From Moniliella sp. 'wahieum' (taxonomy: Eukaryota): 64,000 nucleotides of DNA. This document shows, in pieces, positions 52,101 to 64,000 of this stretch. The stretch covers positions 992,001 to 1,056,000 of the forward strand of contig RSEE01000006.1 in assembly GCA_003971905.1 (NCBI GenBank), in the 5' to 3' direction. Below the pieces are notes generated by a model, which worked only from the letters and a program-made list of their open reading frames with translations, did not search any database and was not told the origin of the DNA. The position numbers were made by a program, and so were the translations under genes. Numbering within the stretch: the stretch's first letter is position 1; each line of letters starts with the position of its first letter.

Positions 52101-55100
52101 TCCTGCCGCCTCTTCTGCCGGTTCACTCCCACCTGGTCGTCCATCGGTCGCAACCCTGGTGCACTATTCGCCGCACAACAAGGACGAGGGCGCGCGCTTG
52201 CTGCGCCGGCACCGGGAACCGTGCCTGGCTACCGCTCTGCCTATCCACCTGGCACCGCGCCTACCTGGACAGCACAGGGCGCCGTGTTGGCTGACCCAAC
52301 CAATTCCCCTCCGCTGGTGCGGCCGCCCGTACCACGACGGTGCCAAGCAACGGTGCAGCGCGTTCCCCGTCCTCGGCTTGTCGGGTGGGGCAGCGTAGCA
52401 CCAGGTACTGCGCCTGGTCCGACCGGCGATTGGGGCGTGAACGAACTGAGGAGAGATGTACCGCCGCGCTCACAGTTCCTGACGGACGCGGGGATCAATG
52501 ACCTTGCAGCACCTCTTGACCCACGGTACCAACGTCCCGCTCGAAGTGGGCGGGACGGTGCAGCAGGCACTTGGATCCCAAGCTGGCCAACGCTCGCCCC
52601 GCTGGGTGCACCCCGCTGCCCACCCCGCTGCCCACCCGCTGCCCACCCCGCCCCCTTGGCCAGCCACGGTGCCACACCCCGCTTGCCCAAGGTAAAGGAT
52701 CCCCACGGGACCGCGGCGCGACACACGCACACCCACACTCACACCCACATGCACACCCACACGCACAGCCGTCCCCACCGTCGCTCTCGCTCTCGCTCGA
52801 CACGCCCCGATCCGCCCCTGCGCCTGCGCCTGCCCCTGCTCCGGCTCCGGCTCCGGCTCCGCCGCGCACTTGCCCCCCACACCCACATCCACCACCGCGC
52901 CCACCTCGTTTGCCTCGCTTTTTCCCTCCCGCCCGCGTCCACCGCCGGCTCCCCGGCCCCCGCCGCCCGTGCCGCCCCTCCTCCCGAAGCGCCTCGGCGC
53001 TGCCTCTCGCCCGACTTGGCCCACTCGCCCCACCCGCTCGCCGCGCGCCCGCCGCCGCCGCTGCCTCTTCTATTGCTGCTTCTGTTTGCTTTGCTTGCTG
53101 CTGGTGGTGTGCGGTGGTGGTGGTACATGTGCGTCCTCCGCACGTCCCATGTCGGGGGACAAGAGCGAACTGGGCGGGATCAGTTCCTCGCTTTCCTCGG
53201 CGTCGATTTCAGATGCGGACGAGTCGGAACTGTTCAGCCCGTGTCGGGCCACAGCTCCATCTCGGACCGCGACAGCGAAACCAAAACGTCACTCGCGCCG
53301 CTTAGCCCAGCCTCGCCTTACTCGCCCTACTCGCCTCACGTCCCCCCGCCCCCTGCTCGCGTGCGCGCTTGGCCCGCCCGCCCACTGTCGCTTCTGTCCC
53401 TTCTTCCGTCGCTTCGGTCCCTGCTTCGGTCCCCTCGGCCCCGTTGGCCACCTTGCCCGCATGGTCGCACCCCAGCAGCGTACCCCGTTCCGGCGACGAG
53501 CCGACGCCGACGCCGCGCTGGCTGACCGCACGGCCCTGCTTCCCCTGCGTGGCTTGACGGGCGGGTCGGACGAGTCGAACAAAACGAATGGAACGGTCGG
53601 ACCGAGTCTGGTTGCCCGACGGGCGCGGCTGCCCCCACCTTCGACACGGCCCACGACCGCCCCACCGTCACCGCCAAAGACGACGATTACGACGACCAAG
53701 GCGCCGGCAAAGCGTTGATTGGCTCGCTCTTGTCGCCTGCTACTGAGGCAGGCAGCGAGCCCGAGGCCGAGACCACCCCCACGCCCGTCGGTCCCACTCC
53801 GCAGCCCCGGCCCAGGTCCCACCCCACTCACCCGCTCTCCCCTCGCTGGCCCGCCGACGCTCCCGTACGGGAGCACGAACCGGTCCCCGGTCCCGGTGCA
53901 AGTGCAGGAGCAGCAGCCGAGCAAGCGCCCAGGAAGGGGCGTGCGTTGCAAAGTCGGATGCTTCACTTTGTACCCCCGTCCGAGTTGCCGATGCCAGTGA
54001 CCCTACCGTCTTGCTGTCCGACCCGCGCCAGGCCGCCGTGGCGGCGCAGCTGAAGCAACTGCAGGCCGAGGCGGAGCTCAAGGAGCAAACGCGCAAACGG
54101 GAGCAAGAACAGGAGCAGGAACCGAAGCAGAAGCAGGAGCCGGAACAGAACACGGAACGGGAACCGGAACAGAAATGGGAGTTCCAAGAGACCGATGGCT
54201 TCACTTTCTACCCCCCGTCGAGTTGCCCGATTGCAAGTGACCCTACCGTCTTGTGTCCGACCCGCGCCAGGCCGCCGTGGCGGCGCAGCTGAAGCAACTG
54301 CAGGCTGAGGCGGAGCTCAAGGAGCAACGCGCAAACGGCGGGCAAGAACAGGAACAGGACCGAAGCAGAAGCAGATACAGGAGCCGGAACAGATCACGGA
54401 ACGGGAACAGAAATGGGAGTTCCAAGAGACCGATGGCTTCACTTTCTACCCCCCGTCCGAGTTGCCCGATGCAAGTGACCCTACCGTCTTGCTGTCCGAC
54501 CGCCGCCAGGCCGCCGTGGCGGCGCAGCTTGAGGCAACGCAGGCCGAGGCGGAACTCAAGGAGCAGGAGCGGGAGCGACAAGTAAAGGATGAGGGCGTGT
54601 CTATGCCCTCGCCTTTGTATGGCCAAGATGCGGAGGATGTGTTTTCGCTCTGAAGAGCCGATCGCCGACGTGAGCTTACCCCCCCGTAACCCGAACCCGC
54701 AGCCTCACGAATCCATGCGTCCCACCGCGGTGAATGCGTGGAAAACGCGGATGGATTTACAATTTATCCTAATGACGACCTGCCCGGCGCTGATGACCCA
54801 ACGGTGCGGATGGACGATCCTCGACAAGAACGGCTACGCACCACCTTCCAGGAGAACTCGGCCCGCGGCGACGATGGCCCAGAGCCAAGAGGTCTCAGAT
54901 GCTTTTACCATCTTTTCCGATGAGGATTTGCCCGATGTGACGGACGCGACGTCCAGGTGAATGGCAAGCCGCTTCTGCGCCTGAGCCTGACTCGCATTCG
55001 CCCGAGAGAAGGGGTCAGCGTTTGTCGACGCCAGAGCCGGACGCGACGGCGCAAGACTTCTGGATGGCGCCAGATGCGCTGGCCAAGGAGGATCGCCGGT

Positions 55101-57196
55101 TACGCCACTTGGTGCCCACGTACGAAGACACGCCTCCTAACCCGGTCGCTGGTGCGCCGGCTGTGACGAGCGTTGCTGCTCACCCCGCTCTTCGCATCGA
55201 TACGCGTCTGGATACCATCTCTGCCGTCCCGGGTCTGGCGCCGATCACGAGTGCGGATGGCGAGTCGAGCCCCCTGACCGGCCTCGGCTCTTCGTCCGGA
55301 GCGATGAACTCGCCTGGCGCACCAGAGGAGGAACTTGGCTCGGACGATTGGGCCATGCGTCCGACCCAGGAAGCGCTCTACAACCACCTCGAAGAAATCT
55401 TCCCCGAGCACGACCTGACAAACCGGTGATCGAACCCCCCGGCGCCGACTCGCCGACCGCGCTCGAACATCCCACCATCGTCCCCAGTTCCAGTGCGATC
55501 GCCAAACCGCCTTCCTCGGCCCGGATCAAGTCGCCCAATCCGCCTGCTGAACGCGAGCCCAAGACGACGGCACCGCCTCCTCTGCGTGGAACCGAGGCGA
55601 GGGTTCAGGTTCAGGTTCTGGCCCTGGCTCCGCTCCGGCTCCGGCTCCGGCTCGGCCCCAGGCTTGGGGTCAGGCTTGGGCTCGGGCTCGGGTTCGGGTT
55701 CGGGCTCGGGTTTGGGGCCCGCCATGGGGGGGCCTGGGAGCGGTGCGCTGCTCCGTCCCAGCAAGTCGATTCGTGGTGTGGCGCGGGACCGGATGCGGGA
55801 CATGGACCGTGCCAACCGAGCTGGGGCCAACATGGGCGGTGCAGTTATCCGTCGGCGGAGCACGCGGATGTGGGGTGCACGTACGCGTGAAGTTCGGCCC
55901 GGCGCGTCGTTTGCTGAGATTCATGGGAACCATCGAAACGGTCGTGACAAAAAGCTGACGGATGTGCCTACGTTTGTGTGGGCCAAGGGTGGCTTGATTG
56001 GCAGTGGCAGCTATGGCCAGGTGTTCCATGCGATGAACTTGACGACGGGGGAGATGTTGGCGGTGAAGCAGGTCGAACTCCCCACGACCCGCTCCGACTT
56101 GGCCAGCAAAAATCGCAAAACCTCGTCAACGCTCTCGAGTCGGAAATTGAGACGCTCAAGGTATTGGATCACCCCAACATTGTGTCCTACCTTGGCTTTG
56201 AGCGCTCGAACGGCTTCCTCTCGATTTTCCTCGAATACGTGCCCGGTGGGTCGATCGGGTCGTGCTTGCGCCAGCACGGCAAGTTGGAGGAACCTACGGT
56301 GGCCTACTTTACGCGTCAGATCCTCGACGGGCTCAAGTACCTTCACCAAAACCGCCTCTTCCATCGTGACATTAAGGCGGACAACATCCTTGTCGACTAC
56401 GATGGCTTTTGCAAAATTCCGACTTTGGCACGGTTCGCTACTCGGACGACATTTACAACGACGTTGCCGGCATGTCCATTCAGGGCTCCGTCTTTGGATG
56501 GCCCCCGAGGTGGCTGCCCTGACTTCCCGAGGCTACTCTGCCAAGGCGGACATCTGGAGTCTTGGCTGTATGGTGCTGGAGATGTTTGCGGGCGAACGGC
56601 CCTGGTCGCACCAAGAAATGATTCAGGCCTTGATCTCGGTATGTTTGCGGCTTGGCCCTGCTCCCTCCTTTCCTCTTGCTTGTCTATGGATGGCTTGCTG
56701 ACCTGACCTGACCTGACCTGGGACGCAGATTGGCCGCTCGCAACTGCCGCCGCCGGTGCCCGAAGGGGTGCGGATGTCCAAGTTGGCACGAAACTTTTTG
56801 GAGCATTGCCATGCCATCGACCCGGAAAAACGGCCGACGGCCGAAAAACTCTTGACCCACGTCTTCCCCCACCACATCCCGGCCGGGTGGACGTTCCAGT
56901 CGAGCAAGCTGTATCGCGCGATTGCTCGCGCCCACTCTTCGGTCCAAGACCCGCCGCCGGCTTCCGCAGCGCGGGCCCCCGTCTGCGTCGGCGGAGGCGC
57001 CTGCCACCTCACTCCCACGCCCCGTTCAGGCCAGTTCGCTTTCCGGCTCCAACGAGGGCGAGTAACCCACACCACACCACACTCCCCCTTGGCTCTTTGG
57101 CACTCTCTTTGGCACTCGTTTGGCCTAGTTCCCCTTGTCATAACCCCCCTTTTCTTTTGTCCCTCTGAGCATCCACCTTCTTTGCCCTTTTCCTGA
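49189..57196 (+). CDS. BCK1: Cell-wall-integrity MAPKKK Bck1/Mkh1
   Basis: [43 protein letters not shown], kinase [58 protein letters not shown]; introns 51653-51733 and 56639-56728; 5' extent inferred. Confidence 0.88.
50535..50870 (+). repeat. Coding hexamer repeat encoding (QA)n with HA substitutions
   Basis: CAGGCY/CAAGCY/CATGCC units, roughly 50 copies. Confidence 0.9.
53957..54580 (+). repeat. Coding tandem triplication, ~237-bp unit, inside BCK1
   Basis: Near-identical units start at 53957, 54194 and 54432 (GATGGCTTCACTTT..GACCCTACCGTCTTG..GCCAGGCCGCCGTGGCGGCGCAGCT). Confidence 0.92.
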
Positions 57197-57668
57197 TGAT
57201 CCCTTGTCCTGTCTCTCTTGACTCGCCTATCCATTTCCTGCCCGCTCACAGACGCAAATGTCCTGCTAGTGGCCCAAGTCGGTGGGGGAACGAGAGTAGC
57301 GGCCTATTCCTGGTCTAGACATGCTTTTCTACCCAACCCTCCTCACTACCGGCCCATGAACAAGGGCTCCCATGGGGGAGAGGATGCTTGCAACCTCGCG
57401 CGACAAGCACGGGTACCTACCGTAGCAGTGGCGTTTTGATCGGATCTGGGCTCAACGTTCACCTGAGCTCAGCCCAATCCCAAAGAAATGCACCTACCAT
57501 TTGTGCGGCATCGCTGGGGGACCCCCCTTCGCGCCTTCATCACAGGGTCCAGGACGATGGAGGGAGGGACCGAGAGTGTGATAGTGGCCGAGAGAATCTG
57601 TTGCGGGGGATGGAGTCGCAGCTGACGGCATAAGGCCGACGTTAAAGAGTGGAGGAATGTACCCCATC

Positions 57669-58808
57669 TTACTTCCATCGGGCGCGTAGATGCAGCAAGC
57701 CATTCTGCGCTTCGTTCCACCCATCTTGCTGGTCCTGCAGCTGTGCCTCCTGGACACTGGCTGGGTCGTACTCGTCGTCCCACGCCTCGGAGTGGTGGAG
57801 GTGGTGTCGCTCCCGGTGGCGGAGCGGGTATCAATGTTGTCCACCCTACGTGCGGCCGCATGCAGGTACTCGGGCGCACAGTCGAGCAGGATCAGTTTGC
57901 CATCCAAACTGACCGTTTGCCCCGCTGGGAAAAAGGTACGGCGCAGCGTGCCAACGTGCTTGGCATGCGCCCGCGCCAACTTCTTGACGGCCTTTTTGTG
58001 TTCCTTGGCCGAGTGGCCCGATGCCAACTGCGCCAGGTGGGCAGGAAGGACCGCCGTCCCGACCTGCGGAGAAGAAGAAGCACCACCGTCCGCTGCGCCT
58101 GGGTCAAGCTCGAGAGGTAGGCGAACTGCTTGCGGAGCTGGGTGCCCTGTTTGATGATCAGAATGCTCGAAGTATCCGGCGTATCGTCCGGGTTGGACTG
58201 CCACCCCTCCTCGCCGTCGCTTGAATCCGACGACGAGGACGAGTCTGAGCCGTCCGATGATCTGGAGGGGCAGATTCGCGCACCAGACTCGGCGACAGCG
58301 ACGCTTCCACATGCACATCGCATCCCAACGCCTTGGCCAGCGCTTGGCGGCCAGCGGTCGTCGAATACTCGAGCACGCGCCGCTGGTCAAAGTAGGGCAC
58401 ATCAGCCAAAGCTGCCTTGAGCTCCACCAGCGAACGCACCGGCTCAGCTGCAGCAGTTGCAACGCGGCGCTTGCCCTTGGGCGACACAGGTTGCGGCTGG
58501 GGTAGAATGAGCGTGACAATGTAATACGGCGCAAGGGACGCCATGAGCTGGAGCAGCGCATCGGTCTGCTGCTCCGACAAGACAAAGTCAGGGTAGCGAG
58601 AAGGACAGAGAGGGGCGGTTGAGTCCCTTGCGTGGGAGCGCAGGCTCCGTGCGCTGAGCTCCGCGCAGTTGGCTGCCGGCGTCAGTGGGCCCCGGCGATG
58701 GGGGGGCGGTGGCCCAACGATACACCCCCCAGCCGGTGGCGAGGGCGAGCACGGCGAGGGCAGCGCCAGCGTAGGCGCGGCGGCCGAGGGACGGCGGCGC
58801 GGCGGCAT
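57669..58808 (-). CDS. PEX22-like peroxisomal membrane anchor (tentative)
   Basis: N-terminal TM AYAGAALAVLALATGWGVYRW; core LLQLMASLAPYYIVTLIL..FDQRRVLEYSTTAGRQALAKALGCDVHVE resembling plant-type Pex22. Confidence 0.55.
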
Positions 58809-59095
58809 GGCACAGCAAGCGTGGTAGTGGTGGTCGTAGTGGGGGGTGGTCGTGGTGGGGGGTGGTCGTGGTGGGGGGGGGGGGTGGTGGGGGGGGTCGT
58901 GGTGGGGGGGTCGTGTGGTGGGGGAGGTCGCGGCGGCGGTGGTGTGGCGGTGGCAGCGTGAATGCGCCCACCGGCAACGCTGTTCCGGATGCGCACAAGG
59001 ACGCGGGGCACGCGAGCGGCGAAAATGATAATATACCCTCCCGCTCGGAGGCGTCGCGGTCGGCTCTCCCGCCATCAACCATCGTCGTCGTCGCC

Positions 59096-60343
59096 ATGTC
59101 GGGCGTGGACCCGGCGGCGCACCCGCTCAAGTCGTTCGGATTGACCCATGTCCGCTACGAGCCCGGCGGCCCAATCGGCCCTCTGATGGCGCTGGCCAGC
59201 CTGGCGCCGCAGTTCATCATGTGCGCCTACGCCACCCTCATCCTCTCGCGCCGCGAGCTCACCTGGCTCAACGCCTGCATCGCCCAGCTGGCCAACGAGG
59301 GTCTGAACTGGCTGCTCAAGCGCCTCTTGCGCATCCCTCGTCCCGCCTCCGCCACCCATCTGGGCGATGGCGGCACCGGATACGGCATGCCCTCGTCCCA
59401 CTCCCAGTTCATGGGTTTCTTTGCCGCCTTCTTCCTTCTCCACCTCCACGCCCATCGCCCTCGCCCCTACCGACGGCCGATCACTGTGATCTCCATCGTG
59501 CGGCGCGCAGAGCACTACGCGTCGCAGGCGTTTGTGATCCTCCTGAGTGCCCTGACGGTCTTCTCGCGCTGGTTTTTGGGGTACCACTCGGTCGGGCCAG
59601 GTGGTGGTGGGCCTGTCGCTGGGCCTGCTGGTGGGAAGCGTGTACTGGTATCTGACTGAAGTGGCCGCCGCCCACCCCATCATCCTGTCCTTTGAAACGG
59701 GGGTGCGCCCCAAGTACCTGTTTGTGCCCCCGCAAGCGGGAGGCGGTGCGGCACGACAGCAGCGCCTCGGCTACGTTGGGCCAGCTCGCTCTGGACCGAC
59801 AGCCGCGATCGGCGTCCGTGTCGAGCGCCGAGTCGGTCCAGAGTCTGGTGTCGGCGCCGGCCGATGCGCCTACGCCCCGCGACGGTGCGGCGAGCCCTCC
59901 ACACAGTGCCGCAGACGCCTCGCCTCCTCCCGCCACACCGGATGAACGGGGCGAGTTTCAGGATCCCTTCCGGCCCTCGTCGCGCACCAGCCCGCCCAAG
60001 CACCAAAGCCCCGTTCCCAGCCCCAAGGGCCGCACTTGCGAAATCGAAGATGTGGCGCCGGGCACAACTGCTTCGTCTCTCCTTTCGGTCGGGTTCTCGG
60101 CCGAGCTGGAACATGAGAGAGCGCCGCGGCGGCGGCGGCCGCGGACGCGTTACCCTTTCCCTGCGTTGCGGCAGCTGGTTCTCGACCATCCTATCGCCAT
60201 TGCCTTGCGGCTGCGGGACAGCTACCATGTCTGGCACGACGGCGGGCTGGAGGCCGACTATGGCCATTGGCGGATGCAGTACGAAAAGCGCCAGGCGTGG
60301 GAGTGGGACGATCGAGACGAAGAGGACATTCGTCCGCAAGTGA
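59096..60343 (+). CDS. CAX4: Dolichyl pyrophosphate phosphatase (PAP2 family)
   Basis: LKSFGLTHVRY, C1 KRLLRIPRP, C2 GMPSSHSQF, C3 SRWFLGYHS; later LDHPIAIALRLRDSY; 3' end uncertain (60343 or 60789). Confidence 0.88.
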
Positions 60344-60909
60344 GCGGATCCGGGCCGGCGTATGGCTGCACCCCCATCCGCCTCATCATCATCCCCATCC
60401 CTCACCACACCACCATTCCCACACATCGTCTCGCATCCCTTCTCGCGCTCCGTCCCACCCGCCGTCCCGCATCCCATCGCCTTGCCCTGCCGTGGAGGAG
60501 AGTGCATCAAGCGTCCCGTCTGTCAAGGCGGGCCGGACGTACTACGCCTGCCGGCACCCCACGCGGGTCGCACGCCTACGCCCCTGGGTCGGCGTATGCG
60601 CGTGCCTTGGCCGAAAAGTTGGCCCATCGGCGCAAGGCACCCTCGCCCTCCTTTTCTCCGCCCCCCGTCCCGCGCACACCGGAACCATGGGTGTCCACCC
60701 GTCCCGGCGCCCCTCGCTCCAACCCCCCGATCTCGCTGCGCTTCCCAACCCTCGGCGGCCTCGACGCTGCAGCGTGCGAGCGAGCGTAGGGACGACAGCA
60801 CTCTGGCTTGCCGGGTCGGTCGGCCGATGAAATTAACCGGGTAGATTTAAGTTCCGCCGCCGTTCTCCCCTGGCTCCTCCGCTCGCCCACCACCACCGCT
60901 ACTGCCGCC

Positions 60910-61622
60910 ATGTCCTGGGACCAGCTCTCGCCTGCCGAGCAGGCGACGCACGTCACATGGATGATCCGCTCGCTGCGCCTAGCAGACCAGTGCGAACCAA
61001 CGACGACCGCGTTCTGTGTCGGCTCGCTCCTGCGCCCTCGGGCGGCGGAAGGCGCCAGCGTGCTGGCCACGGGCTACTCGCGCGAGTGCCCGGGCAACAC
61101 CCATGCGGAACAATGTGTGCTGGACAAACTTGCCCACGCTATCGCTTCTGCGCCCGCTTCGTCTTCCTCCGAGCCGCCCTCCCGGGCTCGGTACAGGACC
61201 TGGCATGCGACCTGTACACGACGATGGAACCGTGTTCGGAACGTTTGTCGGGCGCGCAACCGTGCCTGCAGCGCATCCTCGCGTTCAATGCCGATCCGCC
61301 CTTGGTTTCCCCGCCCGCCCAGCTGGCCAGATTGGGCGCCCCGGTCGCCACTGCCACCGCTACCGCTACCATGTACCGGCTGCGCATCACGCGCGTCCTC
61401 CAAGGCGTGTCGGAACCGGACGACTTTGTGCAGTGTGTGGGGGCGCGCACGCTGCGCGAGGCGGGCGTCGAGGTGCTCTCTGTCCGACCCCTTTCTCCGC
61501 TCTCCACGCCCGAGGGAGAGGACTTTAGATGGCTCGAAAAGGAGTGCTTGCGGATCGCCAAGTTTGGTCATCCGGACCAGCCTACGGCCCAGGCCGGTGC
61601 AGAGGCGCTGTGGAAGGCGTAG
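60910..61622 (+). CDS. Stand-alone Rib2-type (DRAP) zinc deaminase, riboflavin pathway
   Basis: TAFCVGSLL, LATGYSRECPGNTHAEQC, LYTTMEPCSERLSGAQPC, VLQGVSEPDDFV; one frameshift near 61185. Confidence 0.85.
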
Positions 61623-61964
61623 CTGATCTGTTCCCCCTAGTCGCGTGGTCGCTGGGTCGCCGGCTCGCCGGGTCGATGGTGCGCGCTCAGATGATGGTTT
61701 TTGTCTCTGCTATTCCTCCATGTACATAGCTCTATCCATTCCCAGCATGTTTTTAGGGTGAACCCAGGAGAGGGCTAGGGAACTACTGCAGGGGTGCATC
61801 ACAAACAAGCACAAATTACCAGGCACAAGGAAGGGGGGGGGGGGGTGATGCAAGCGCGGGAGCTCCTCGGTCCATTGTCGCTCCAAGAGGGACAAGGAGA
61901 GAACCAAGACGGACAAGACAACGAGTGAAGAAAAGGGAACCCGTCGGCAGCAGTACAGGATCAG

Positions 61965-63843
61965 CTACGGAGCAGAGGGCACCTCGTCCGCACGATGCTT
62001 GGGTTTCTTGCTGCTGCGGGGTTTGAGATCGGCGAGCCATTCAGGGTGGCCGCGTTGAAAGCGCGGGTGGGCAAAGCAATTGTGCGGGCCATAGAGCGTG
62101 GCGGCGGTCAAACCCGGTGTCAAGCCACCGCGCTAGCCAAGGCAGCGGTGGCATCGGCGTGCCGCTGAGCTGCTAGCGCCGGGTCGGTTTCTTGTTCGGC
62201 CTTGGCTTGGGTGAGCAGCACAGCTTCCGCGGCCGCTTTGGCCTTGGGCGCAGCCGCAGCAGCCAGCAGGTTCTTGCTCACTGCTAGGTCCACCTCGGCA
62301 GGATCAAGAGGCCGGGTGGGGGAGATGCGTTGGAAAGCGTACAACTGCGAATGCAACGGTAAGGTCAGTAAGTACTGTGGGTTGCTTTGCGCGCTGTTGG
62401 TTTCAGCACGACGGGGAAGGGGGACGGACATTAAGTTGTCGGACAAAGGAGGCAATGTTGTTGTGACGATAGAGGGTGGGAAGGACAAGGGAAGCGAACT
62501 CGTTGCTGGTCGCCGTATCCGCCGGCATGAGGATCTTGTCGCCGGCATGAGACCAGGAGATGTACTTGTGATACAAGGCAGGCGTGTCAAGCATGTACCA
62601 CAACTTGGTCACAAACGCTGCACAATTTGCATTGCCCATTTGGGACCGGATGGCATACGCGGCCTTGACGGCCGACGAGGCAGTGGGGGACTCTTGAAGG
62701 GTAGGAGGATGGGGAGTCGGGTGCCCAGTGGTTGCTGGAATCTGGGGGGCAATGTGTCGGCCGGCAAATCGGTATCGGTTAGGCTGTCAACGGAGATGGA
62801 ATCAGTATCGGCCTCCTTGTTGGGTACCCGCGGCGGGGCAAAGAAGGTAGCTGAGGCGGCTGAGGGGCCAAGAGCGCGAAGAGAACGGGACAAGGCCGAA
62901 GGTCCAGGTGGGGAAAGGGTGGGGCCCCTGATGGTGTGAGCTGAGGTAGGTCCACTGCGGTTCCTGCGGTACCCAAGTGGCGCGAGGGATGTGTGTCCAT
63001 CCTCGGGCCTGTTGCCATCGTCGGGATGCGATATGCACACCGGCACCTCTTCATCTGTCTCATCGCCATCGGCGGAGAGGGTATAGGATGCCGATCCGTA
63101 CGAGCCGACGAGAATGCTGGCGGCAGCGGCAGCCTCGGCGTCTTCGGCTGTTAGCTCTGCAGCCGAGGGCGAGGAAGGGAAAGGGGTGGGGCGGGCATGG
63201 GAGGAGTAGCGGCGACCGGCCAAAGCAGACGAGTAGGGTGCCGAGTGAGCAAACGTATGGCGCGGTGTCTTTGCGGTGGATCCAGGACGGAGGAGGCGCA
63301 AGCGATCCACGCTCGAGGGGGCGATCCGAAGTGGGGAGCGTAGGCTGCGCGACAGGGTGAGGGAGGTGCGGCGCGGAACGGAAGAGGCAAGAGGTGTTCC
63401 GATGCTGGAGGCAAAGTGTGCATGGTCCGGCGACATGGACAGAGACAAGCGTGGCGGTCCGCCCGACACGGAAGCGAAGGCGGGCGCTGGAGCCAAGGCT
63501 AACGCCGACATGGCCAGAGTCGGGGGGGAGCGGGGAGGAAGGAGTGGCGCGCGTCGTCCGTGTCGTCATCGGCAGCAAAGAAGCCGTCGTGGTCGTCGGG
63601 CTCGATCTGCATGCCCTCCATGCCATACTCGAGTGCATCGACGTCGTTGCCGCGGAGGGCAGGTTTCGAAGCGGCGGCCGAGGGGGGCGGCGGCGGGACG
63701 GGGCGGGGGCGGGGGGAGCGGGCAAAGATGGGGAGGAGGGCGAGGGGAGGGGACGGGCGCAGGGGCAGGGCCGGTGCTGCCGGCGGGCGGCGGAGGGTGG
63801 GGAGGGGGATGGCGGCGCTGGCGGGGGGGCTGGTGGCGTCCAT
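61965..63843 (-). CDS. HSF-type DNA-binding domain transcription factor
   Basis: AFVTKLWYML..YISWS..FASLVLPTLYRHNNIASFVRQLN|intron|LYAFQR..FAHPRFQRGHPEWLADLKPR; long Ser/Pro-rich N-terminus. Confidence 0.85.
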
Positions 63844-64000
63844 GGTGGGTGGGTGGTGGTGGAGGAGGAGGCGGGGCGAGCTGCTACGCGCGGCCAGCAA
63901 GGAGCACAGCACGCAACGCACGCAGGCCCAAGCGAGGCGCCCAGCAATGCATGTCACTTCTTCGTGCCACGTGATGCCGTGACGCGTGGCGGCCGTGCGC

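Noticed and set aside
53957..54580. Repeat-spacer (CRISPR-like) array
   Set aside because: Units are ~237 bp, protein-coding, with similar rather than unique intervening sequence; eukaryotic context and no cas genes
58820..58950. G-rich GGT/GGG tract as a telomeric or G-quadruplex element
   Set aside because: Irregular low-complexity leader sequence similar to the CCA/CCC-rich 5' leaders of other genes here, with no fixed telomeric unit

Overview
GC-rich, intron-poor, gene-dense eukaryotic DNA from a basidiomycete fungus. An Ustilaginomycotina-like lineage is my inference from the protein motifs and the short GT-AG introns with CTRAC branch sites. Nearly every gene is broken by single-base indels, which is best explained by an unpolished long-read assembly, so the ORF track is misleading and genes were rebuilt by hand across frames. 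About 27 protein genes are recognisable: divergent mitochondrial uL11, NIP7, a Bem1/Scd2-like scaffold, Polo kinase, a NEK-like kinase, YSC84/LSB3, YDJ1, KGD4, RIX1-like, Byr4/Bfa1-like, EMP65/TAPT1, an RTC4-domain protein, a Pcl/Pho80-family cyclin, RPN10, POP2/CAF1, GAPDH, RIB4, a PPR-like protein, BCK1 MAPKKK, PEX22-like, CAX4, a Rib2-type deaminase, an HSF-domain factor and a few hypotheticals. There is also an intron-containing tRNA-Ala(CGC). I found no mobile element, CRISPR array or clearly new multi-gene system. The most noteworthy items are a recently amplified ~79-aa repeat module inside BCK1, a strongly remodelled uL11m, a plant-type PEX22 candidate, an HSF protein with a C-terminal DNA-binding domain, and recurrent 7-bp-period arrays and palindromes in promoters. 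All family calls come from recalled motifs, not from database searches, and gene ends are approximate where frameshifts intervene.
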